Source: Bdellovibrionia bacterium (lineage in GTDB: Bacteria; Bdellovibrionota; UBA1018). From it: a stretch of 15,191 nucleotides of DNA. Positions 7,665-14,343 of the stretch are shown piece by piece. The stretch covers positions 1 through 15,191 of the forward strand of contig JBJMMA010000114.1 in the NCBI GenBank assembly GCA_045805065.1, in the 5' to 3' direction. Positions within the stretch are counted from its first letter, which is position 1. The number at the start of each line of letters is the position of its first letter. The translations under genes and the position numbers were made by a program. The notes under the pieces were generated by a model, which had not been told where the DNA came from, ran no database searches, and was given only the letters and a program-made list of their open reading frames with translations.

Positions 7665-9061
7665 CCAATCGGACTGATTGCAACTGCAGCGGCACCCACT
7701 GCACTTACCTGTGCCGCTGGTCTTGATACTTTTTTTGCTTCATGAGCGCGAGGCAGATCAATCACAAAGCAGGTGTCATGATCCTGGGAGGAGAATAGAA
7801 TTCTTCCGCCATGTTGCTCGATCAGCTGCTGGCAAATGGTCAGGCCGAGGCCCGTGCCTTTGCTTGGGTCTTTTGTCGTAAAGTAAGGCTGAAAGAGCTT
7901 TGCCTGAAGCTTCGTAGGAATTCCTAAGCCATTGTTCCAGACACTGATCCGCACCCAGTCCTTGTGCTCACGTGCCGTGACACGAACCATAGGATCAGTC
8001 ACTCCACTGCAAGCATCGCGCGCGTTATTGATCAGATTGAAGACCACCTGCTGGATGCGCATGGAATCCCCACGCGTCCAAAGTGCTTCTTCGCATAGAT
8101 CAAACTCGCATTTCACGCCATTCCAACGAAGATCGTATTGGCTGAGAGTTTTAACCGAGAGGATTGCTTCACTCAGATTGAACGTTCTCAAGGCAAATGG
8201 CTCTTTACGAGAGAAGTTTCGAAGCTGTCCGAGCACCGTCTGAAGTCGATCCGTTGCTTCGTTTACGCGCTCAGAAAGGTTTTGAACCTCAGCGAGCATG
8301 GCGGGCTCTTTCGAAGCCCTTCTCATCATCGAAGCAACCGTCACAATAATCTGAATGGGCTGAGCAAGTTCGTGTGCAGTGGTTGCAACAAGCTTTCCGA
8401 TTCCAGCCATTCTTTCGGCGTGACAGAGGTGATTATGGGCTTCATTGAGGCTTTTTCGTTGTCGATCGCATTCGTCCGCAAAACGCTCAGTGGTGCGTGC
8501 AATTGTGAGAACCGTGCACACGGTCCCAGCGAAAATGAGAAGATTGTTCACGATGACCTGATCGGACGTCAGATGGGATGGGCTCTTGAGGTTGAAAACG
8601 TAAGTTAAGAAGGCCCAAAAGAAAATGTGAAGCGCGCCCACGACAAAAATGTTCTTAAGAGGACGACGAACAAAGACTCCAGCCAGGACTAACAAGAAGA
8701 GAAGTGTGTGGCCACCAAAGATCGGGCTCGCGATTCCACCGGTGCGAAACAAGACGATAACGTGGGCCAACCAGAAGAGTGCAAAGGACGTCAGCCAAAC
8801 CTGACGATCTCGCATTCTCAGAACGCGGAGCGCAAACGGAGGAATGATGCATCCGAGTGACACCATAACATCTGCAAGCGCAAGCAGTGGGCGCTGGAGA
8901 TGAAACTCAGCAATTGCTCCAATGAAGAAGCAAACGCTGGTTGCAATCCAAACGCGGGGATCAACGCTATCGGACGGATATCGCAAACTCGGAAGGGGTG
9001 CCTGAGGAGAAGGATTCTGCAATTCCGCCCTCTCTTGGGGGTAAGAGGGGGTGGTAAACAT
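7661..9061 (-). CDS. Membrane sensor histidine kinase (about 5-6 TM, HisKA + HATPase_c, NtrB/DctB-like)
   Basis: H-box AHELAQP, N-box NLINNARDA, variant G1 NNGLG and F/G2 PYFTTK...GTGLGL. The stop shares CTAG (7661-7664) with the convergent lyase gene. Confidence 0.92.
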   Translation of the reverse strand: MFTTPSYPQERAELQNPSPQAPLPSLRYPSDSVDPRVWIATSVCFFIGAIAEFHLQRPLLALADVMVSLGCIIPPFALRVLRMRDRQVWLTSFALFWLAHVIVLFRTGGIASPIFGGHTLLFLLVLAGVFVRRPLKNIFVVGALHIFFWAFLTYVFNLKSPSHLTSDQVIVNNLLIFAGTVCTVLTIARTTERFADECDRQRKSLNEAHNHLCHAERMAGIGKLVATTAHELAQPIQIIVTVASMMRRASKEPAMLAEVQNLSERVNEATDRLQTVLGQLRNFSRKEPFALRTFNLSEAILSVKTLSQYDLRWNGVKCEFDLCEEALWTRGDSMRIQQVVFNLINNARDACSGVTDPMVRVTAREHKDWVRISVWNNGLGIPTKLQAKLFQPYFTTKDPSKGTGLGLTICQQLIEQHGGRILFSSQDHDTCFVIDLPRAHEAKKVSRPAAQVSAVGAAAVAISPIG

Positions 9062-9174
9062 GTTGCGGCCTTATATTCTCTAATATTCCGTTTGGCAAAC
9101 CCTTCAAATTGACTACTCGTCGAAATTTATCGTAACGCGCCGCGCGGTGAACTGAAATTACTGAAAACCCTTCA

Positions 9175-9203
9175 TTGCCCTAGCAGTCGTGCTTTGTTAT
9201 GGT
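9175..9203 (+). promoter_or_regulatory. Sigma70-type promoter of tRNA-Ser
   Basis: TTGCCC (9175-9180), a 17-nt spacer, then TATGGT (9198-9203), with extended -10 TG at 9195-9196. It ends 17 nt before the tRNA. Confidence 0.7.
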
Positions 9204-9220
9204 GATGTCTCAGACCTCGC

Positions 9221-9310
9221 GGAGAGATGGCCGAGTGGTCGAAGGCACACCCTTGCTAAGGGTGCAGGGGAGAAATCCCCTCGAGAGTTCGAATCTCTCT
9301 CTCTCCGCCA
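9221..9310 (+). tRNA. tRNA-Ser (anticodon GCT)
   Basis: Acceptor GGAGAGA/TCTCTCC with discriminator G and encoded CCA. Anticodon stem CACCC/GGGTG with loop TT-GCT-AA (anticodon 9255-9257). Long variable arm AGGGGA-GAAA-TCCCCT. T-arm GAGAG-TTCGAAT-CTCTC. Length 90 nt. Confidence 0.98.
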
Positions 9311-9312
9311 TT

Positions 9313-9350
9313 TAAAAAAGCTCGTCAGGTTCGCCTGGCGGGCTTTTTTA
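9313..9350. terminator. Bidirectional rho-independent terminator between tRNA-Ser and ybaK
   Basis: TAAAAAA-GCTCGTCAGG-TTCG-CCTGGCGGGC-TTTTTTA: a 10-bp stem (two G-U pairs on the + strand), a UUCG loop and A6/T6 tails. Confidence 0.9.
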
Positions 9351-9361
9351 GCTTCTGGGGT

Positions 9362-9853
9362 TCAACCCAAAATTCCAACGCTCACGAGTTGCGGGGAAAG
9401 AATCTCAACGATTTTTTTAGGGTCCATGCCCACCAGAAACCCGCGCTTACCGCCGTTAATGTAAATTCGCGGAAGATCCAAAATCGTCTTCTCCATATAC
9501 ACAGGCATCTTTTGGCGAGTGCCAAAGGGTGAGGTTCCACCCACCTGATAGCCCGAGTGCCGATCGGCGACATCTGGCTTACAAGGCGATACGGTTTTCA
9601 CTCCAATATCTCGCGCTAGCTGCTTTGTTGAAACCTGCATGTCTCCGTGCATGAGAACGACAAGCGGGCTTTTGCTCTCCGTTTCCATGATGAGCGTCTT
9701 GATGACGGAATGTTCGTCCACGCCAAGCTCGACAGCTGAATGAGCAGTTCCGCCTTTTTCTTCATAACGAAACACATGGGGTGTGAAGTCCACGTTGTGC
9801 GCCATCAGCTCACGGATGGCCAAGGTCATGGGTGTTTTTTCTTTATTGCTCAT
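9362..9853 (-). CDS. ybaK: Cys-tRNA(Pro) deacylase YbaK
   Basis: Motifs VIKTL, LMHGD, SGYQVGGTSPFG and INGGKRG. The start is reassigned to ATG 9853 (MSNKEKTPMT..., 163 aa) because the ORF-track extension to 10000 overlaps the SDR antisense. Confidence 0.9.
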   Translation of the reverse strand: MSNKEKTPMTLAIRELMAHNVDFTPHVFRYEEKGGTAHSAVELGVDEHSVIKTLIMETESKSPLVVLMHGDMQVSTKQLARDIGVKTVSPCKPDVADRHSGYQVGGTSPFGTRQKMPVYMEKTILDLPRIYINGGKRGFLVGMDPKKIVEILSPQLVSVGILG

Positions 9854-9878
9854 AAGCGTAAGATATAAACAAATTCGT

Positions 9879-10613
9879 ATGAAGACATCTGAAAATACGA
9901 TCTTGGTCACTGGCGGCTCTACAGGAATTGGACTGGCTCTCGCCATTCGTCTTCTGAAAGAGGGAAACAAGGTCATCATCTGTGGCCGCAGACAAGACAA
10001 ACTGGATGAAGCAAAGCGCGCCTATCCAGAGCTTGTGACTTATCGGTTCGATGTCGCCAAAGAGTCCGAGCGAAATGAGCTTTTTGAAAAAGCCTCGCGC
10101 GACTTTCCAAAGCTCAACGTGCTCTTTAATAATGCGGGCATTCAGCGTTATCCAAAGCTGGACACTCATGAAGAACCCTGGTCTGTCACCCGTCAGGAAA
10201 TTGAGATCAATCTTGAGGCGCCGATTCATCTGAGTCTTCTTTTTGCTGAACACCTCAAGAAACAGAGCAATGCCGCAATTCTCATGACGACCTCGGGCCT
10301 CTCTCACGTTCCGCTTGCCAACGCCCCGGTCTATAGTGCGACTAAAGCGGGTCTTCACTCATTCACGCTCTCTCTGAGACATCAGCTCTCAAAACATTCC
10401 ATTGAAGTGATCGAAGTTTCTCCTCCTGCCGTTGATACCGACCTTGGAGGCCCGGACCTTCATACCTTTGGAGTCGATCTGAATGAGTTTGCCGACGCAG
10501 TGATGACGGGCCTAAAAAAGAGTGAGCAAGAAATCACTTATGGTTCGTCCACAAAGTCCGCCAATGCTTCACGTGCTGAGCGTGATGCGATTTTCAAAAT
10601 GATGAATCAGTAG
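9879..10613 (+). CDS. Short-chain dehydrogenase/reductase, DltE-like
   Basis: MKTSENTILVTGGSTGIG, ICGRR, NNAG, TTSG, YSATK and PPAVDTDL. The start is reassigned to ATG 9879 (244 aa). Confidence 0.9.
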   Translation: MKTSENTILVTGGSTGIGLALAIRLLKEGNKVIICGRRQDKLDEAKRAYPELVTYRFDVAKESERNELFEKASRDFPKLNVLFNNAGIQRYPKLDTHEEPWSVTRQEIEINLEAPIHLSLLFAEHLKKQSNAAILMTTSGLSHVPLANAPVYSATKAGLHSFTLSLRHQLSKHSIEVIEVSPPAVDTDLGGPDLHTFGVDLNEFADAVMTGLKKSEQEITYGSSTKSANASRAERDAIFKMMNQ

Positions 10614-10657
10614 GCTGCTCGCCAATCGAGGCTTGCTCCTTGCACTCGGCTTAAGAC

Positions 10658-11020
10658 GTGGAGCAGCTTTTCAAGCAATGGACGGTCTTATTGGCTGGAG
10701 GAATCGAGGTCAGCGCAGCAATCGTAATTGGCCTTGCCTGCATTCAGGCTACGATTCAGGCGATTTTCGTTTTCTTTGAGCGTCGTTCATCTGCCAACGC
10801 AAAAGAGGAAATCCGGCTCAGACTCGGTCGATGGCTCGCACTTGCTCTGGAATTTGAGCTTGCTGCGGACATTTTACGCACAGCGGTTGCGCCAACGTGG
10901 AACGAGATTGGTCAGCTTGCAGCCATTGTTGTTTTGAGAACCGTGCTCAATTATTTCCTGCAAAAAGAGATCGATCAAGCCGCGACAAGGAATGCCGCCA
11001 ATGTCCGCTCTGCCGCCTGA
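10658..11020 (+). CDS. DUF1622 domain-containing small membrane protein
   Basis: Three TM segments and the signature RLRLGRWLALALEFELAADILRT...PTW...IVVLRTVLNYFL. GTG start. Confidence 0.85.
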   Translation: MEQLFKQWTVLLAGGIEVSAAIVIGLACIQATIQAIFVFFERRSSANAKEEIRLRLGRWLALALEFELAADILRTAVAPTWNEIGQLAAIVVLRTVLNYFLQKEIDQAATRNAANVRSAA

Positions 11021-11339
11021 TTTTTTTCATTTCAGCGGGTGGGCCGCCGTCATCGAGTTCGTAGGAGCTCTTGTGATCGTCAGCGCAATTGTTCGCGCTG
11101 TCTTTACACTTCGACATCCATTTGATGTTCAACGGGCAAGACTGATCGTCGCAGACGGTGCGGTTGCAGGGTTGAGCTTCAAGGTTGCCGCGACTCTTCT
11201 TAAAACCGTAGCACTCCAATCCTGGCATCAGATCGCCATGTTTGCCGTGATCCTGGCTTTAAGAACGGTCATTAAAACGGAATTCAACTGGCAGATCAAA
11301 TCCCAGAATTATCGGAAGCAAGCTTTCCAAGCGCGCTGA
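11001..11339 (+). CDS. Divergent DUF1622-like small membrane protein (paralog of upstream gene)
   Basis: Aligns by eye to the upstream protein (IE in TM1; ARLIVADG..AGLSFKVAATLLKT; SW..I; LRT). ATG 11001 is preferred over 10992 because AAGGA (10987-10991) lies 9 nt upstream. Confidence 0.72.
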   Translation: MSALPPDFFHFSGWAAVIEFVGALVIVSAIVRAVFTLRHPFDVQRARLIVADGAVAGLSFKVAATLLKTVALQSWHQIAMFAVILALRTVIKTEFNWQIKSQNYRKQAFQAR

Positions 11340-12174
11340 GATCCATATCTTTCATTCCGCGAGCAATGGCTGTGATGATTTGATCATGCACCAGGCTTGC
11401 TGATGGAAGAGGACTTCCCACGGAGTCCGCGGCCTGCTTGGCAAGGCGAATGTCCTTGAGCGCCAGAGGCAAACGAAAGGCGACCTTCTTGTCATAGAGC
11501 TGGTCAATGATCATTCCGCCGTAGTTCTTATACAGAGGTGCTGAGAACAAGGACCCCGTGATTGCCTCAAGAAACTGAGCCTGATCAAGCCCGGACTTGT
11601 GAGCCAGGGCCAAAGATTCCGAAAGAATCTGCACTGAGGACAAAAGCATGAAATTGCCCAGGACCTTGGTCAAATGCGCAAGGGCTGGTTTTGGGCTCAC
11701 ATGAAAAACCTTCTGAGAAAGCGTCTCAAGAATGGAGGAGCATCGATTGAGATTTTCCTGACTTCCACCTGCCATCACGAAAAGCTTTCCTGCGGCTGCG
11801 GCATCAGGCCTTCCAAAAACAGGCGCACCAACCAGTGCGCATCCTTTCGCCTGATGATCCTTTTCCATGCGTTCTGCCAATGCAGGACTGATCGTGCTCA
11901 TGGAGACATGCAATGCGCCGCTTTTGAGCGCTCCAAGAAGACCCTTTTCGCCATAAACAACGCTTTCTACCGCGACATCATCGGCAAGCATCGTGATTAG
12001 AATCTCGCACTCGTTCAGGTCGGATGGCTGCAACGCCTGGCGCGCGCCCTTTTTGACAAGAGGATCAGCCGCCGAAGACGTGCGGTTATAAACATGAAGC
12101 TCATGTCCTGTGCTCAGCAGGCGAACAGCCATGGGAGTACCCATATGACCCAGTCCTAAAAAACCAACCTTCAT
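11296..12174 (-). CDS. NAD(P)-dependent beta-hydroxyacid dehydrogenase (3-hydroxyisobutyrate dehydrogenase / tartronate semialdehyde reductase family)
   Basis: MKVGFLGLGHMG, YNRT, MSTISP, APVFG, catalytic K in TKVLGN, and LALKD. The start is reassigned to ATG 12174, which has Shine-Dalgarno AAAGGAG at 12181-12187. Confidence 0.9.
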   Translation of the reverse strand: MKVGFLGLGHMGTPMAVRLLSTGHELHVYNRTSSAADPLVKKGARQALQPSDLNECEILITMLADDVAVESVVYGEKGLLGALKSGALHVSMSTISPALAERMEKDHQAKGCALVGAPVFGRPDAAAAGKLFVMAGGSQENLNRCSSILETLSQKVFHVSPKPALAHLTKVLGNFMLLSSVQILSESLALAHKSGLDQAQFLEAITGSLFSAPLYKNYGGMIIDQLYDKKVAFRLPLALKDIRLAKQAADSVGSPLPSASLVHDQIITAIARGMKDMDLSALGKLASDNSGI

Positions 12175-12208
12175 TTCGGACTCCTTTGAGAAATCCCGTC
12201 TACGAAAC

Positions 12209-13888
12209 TCAGGCCAAGACCTTGGCCTGCACCCGAGGCAGGCGGGCAACGAATCGCGTAGCGGACGAGGATTCATCCAAGATGAGCGCTCCTTGATGCG
12301 CTTTCATAATCCCTTGCGAAATACTCAAGCCAAGGCCTGTACCCTTGCCTGGAGGCTTTGTCGTAAAGAACGGCTCCATCACGCGGCTTCGAATCTCCGG
12401 AGGAATTCCTTCACCTGAGTCGGTAACGGCAATTTCAAAGTAGGAGTCATTACAGCTGACATCCAATTGGATGCGCGGCGACCCGGTGCCCTCGACAGCG
12501 TCAAAGGCATTATTGAGCAAGTTCAGGATAACTTGGGAGATCTGCACTGGCCTTACTTCAACCGTACAGTCCTTAGGCAACTCGCCGATCTCAAGCTGAG
12601 CCCCTGAACGTGCGATACGAGGTGCACAGATGTCAACGGTTTGCTCGATGATTTGGCAAAGCGAGGCCTTCTCGAATTTCTCTCCATCAGAATTTCTTGA
12701 GATGTTCTTCAAGCCACGAACAATCTTGACCACGCGATCACAGGTATCAAGAATGGCCTCAAGATGCGGTTTGTAAAACTTTTCGGCCTCCGACCCCTTC
12801 TCGAGTTTCATCAATAAAAGCTGAATGCGCGAGGAAATGACAAAGACCGGGTTGTTGATCTCGTGAACTACGCCTCCCGCCATCTCTCCTAATGCCGCGA
12901 GTTTTGAGCTTGTCTCAAGTTTCTGTCGCTGTGACTGAAGCTGCGACTCAGCTTCCTTTTTTGCCTGAACATCAAGCGCAATGACAATCGTCTGGCTGGA
13001 TGCGCGCGTCGGCCCTGTCGTCTTCACCAGCAGGAACCAAAACGTGGTCTTTCCTGAAGCGGTCGGAAGAGCTGCCTCAAAGTCCGTTCGCCTCTTCTCC
13101 GGATCGTGTGAGAACGCTTCCAAGTTCCGAACAAACTCAGGCGACTGCAGCAGATGAGAAAGGACATTCTCCGCTTTGAATAAGGATTGGAAATAGGCGT
13201 TCTCGCGAATCACTTCTCCCTTGGAAAAGGCTAGAATCCCGCCCGGGAAAGAGTCGATCAACGACTGGAGCTCAAGGGCATGGCTTTGGTTTTCCACCCA
13301 GCTTTTCTCAATGAGGTTTCCCTGCGAAATCCCGTGATAATAATAAAGTAGAATCAGGGACCAGAGCACCATGCGGTCAACGGGTGAGGCATCAGAGATA
13401 AAGATGACGTTCGCGGCTATCGAAAGAACGAGTGGAGTGAAGTAGGCGCGATAGATCCATTTGTGAATGGCGAGACTATAGATGCTGATCGTTGAAAATC
13501 CCATGCTCGCAAAGAAGACGATAGTGCGAATCGAGAAGCTGCTTGGAGCTAGGCTCACAGCGCGAAAGAAAAATATTCCCCATGAAATTGCCGCAACGAA
13601 CGCCAGAAGCACATTGATTCGCTGCCAATTCTGAGGAGAGACCTTTGCATATCGAATCAGCACGAACCTAGCGTTGGAGTTGATCGCAATTAAACAGATT
13701 AATGACCAAGATAAGCTATCTCGTCCATTCACACGGTAAAAAGCGAATTCCAGCGCCGCTAAAATAGGAATGGTCGACAGATTAACGCCCAACGCTTTGC
13801 GTTTTAGCTCGGCTGTTCGTGCGGATTCGAGATCGGTCCACGTACTCAAAAATTTACCCGTCCCTTTAGGTGTGCAGCGATATCCCAC
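12209..13888 (-). CDS. Membrane sensor histidine kinase (about 5-6 TM, degenerate PAS-like linker, HisKA + HATPase_c)
   Basis: [35 protein letters not shown] and [16 protein letters not shown]. The start is uncertain: GTG 13888, or in-frame TTG 13849 preceded by AAGGGA. Confidence 0.92.
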   Translation of the reverse strand: MGYRCTPKGTGKFLSTWTDLESARTAELKRKALGVNLSTIPILAALEFAFYRVNGRDSLSWSLICLIAINSNARFVLIRYAKVSPQNWQRINVLLAFVAAISWGIFFFRAVSLAPSSFSIRTIVFFASMGFSTISIYSLAIHKWIYRAYFTPLVLSIAANVIFISDASPVDRMVLWSLILLYYYHGISQGNLIEKSWVENQSHALELQSLIDSFPGGILAFSKGEVIRENAYFQSLFKAENVLSHLLQSPEFVRNLEAFSHDPEKRRTDFEAALPTASGKTTFWFLLVKTTGPTRASSQTIVIALDVQAKKEAESQLQSQRQKLETSSKLAALGEMAGGVVHEINNPVFVISSRIQLLLMKLEKGSEAEKFYKPHLEAILDTCDRVVKIVRGLKNISRNSDGEKFEKASLCQIIEQTVDICAPRIARSGAQLEIGELPKDCTVEVRPVQISQVILNLLNNAFDAVEGTGSPRIQLDVSCNDSYFEIAVTDSGEGIPPEIRSRVMEPFFTTKPPGKGTGLGLSISQGIMKAHQGALILDESSSATRFVARLPRVQAKVLA

Positions 13889-13920
13889 TACAGCGCGTTA
13901 GTTTCCATTGAAAAATATCT

Positions 13921-13956
13921 ATTTTATTGATTAAGAGGGCCTCTTTGCAGGAAAAT
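13921..13956. promoter_or_regulatory. Putative overlapping divergent promoters with a central inverted repeat
   Basis: Plus strand: TTGATT(13927-32)-N18-GAAAAT(13951-56). Minus strand: CTGCAA(13950-45)-N18-TAAAAT(13926-21). AAGAGG-G-CCTCTT lies at 13933-13945. Confidence 0.4.
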
Positions 13957-13962
13957 CTCATT

Positions 13963-14334
13963 ATGGACTCGAAGCCAGCCTGGCGAATCATGATTGTAGA
14001 AGACGAGCCGCTCTTGCGTGACACGCTTGAGCAGCTTCTTCAATTTTCAGGATTCACGGTTTTCACTGCAGGCAACGGGAAAGAGGCCTTGGACAAGCTT
14101 GCACAGAATGACGTCGATCTTGTTTTATCCGACATCAAGATGCCTGTCATGGATGGCGTCGAACTTCTTCGACATATCCGCGTTTCCCGTCCTGGCCTCA
14201 AGGTGATTTTCTTCTCAGCATTTGCTGACATCTCACACGCTGAGGCTTTGCAGATGGGCGCGCTCGATCTGTTGTCAAAGCCTGTTCGCATTGAAAGCCT
14301 CATCGAGACGATTCGCTCGAATCTTTCAGCCTGA
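13963..14334 (+). CDS. Single-domain response regulator (CheY-like receiver)
   Basis: IMIVEDE, phosphoacceptor LSDIKMPVMDG, FSA and SKP, with no output domain. ATG 13963 (123 aa) is preferred over TTG 13927. Confidence 0.92.
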   Translation: MDSKPAWRIMIVEDEPLLRDTLEQLLQFSGFTVFTAGNGKEALDKLAQNDVDLVLSDIKMPVMDGVELLRHIRVSRPGLKVIFFSAFADISHAEALQMGALDLLSKPVRIESLIETIRSNLSA

Positions 14335-14343
14335 GCTTTCTGA

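Noticed and set aside
9092..9108. TTGGCA as a sigma54 -24 element
   Set aside because: There is no TTGC/GC at the -12 position.
9294..9305. (TC)n microsatellite as a phase-variation tract
   Set aside because: It is explained by T-stem and acceptor-stem pairing of tRNA-Ser.
9189..9464. 91-aa ORF across the tRNA
   Set aside because: It overlaps the tRNA, the terminator and ybaK antisense, so it is spurious.
9221..9853. Functional link between tRNA-Ser and the adjacent tRNA deacylase
   Set aside because: The protein looks like ordinary YbaK (Cys-tRNA editing). The genes are convergent and separated by a terminator, so adjacency alone is not evidence.
9783..10000. Long N-terminal extensions of ybaK (to 10000) and SDR (from 9783), implying a 218-bp head-to-head overlap
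   Set aside because: These are longest-ORF artefacts; family-typical N-termini begin at 9853 and 9879.
12175..12276. 34-aa N-terminal extension of the dehydrogenase overlapping the kinase
   Set aside because: A strong Shine-Dalgarno and the Rossmann-fold start place the true ATG at 12174.
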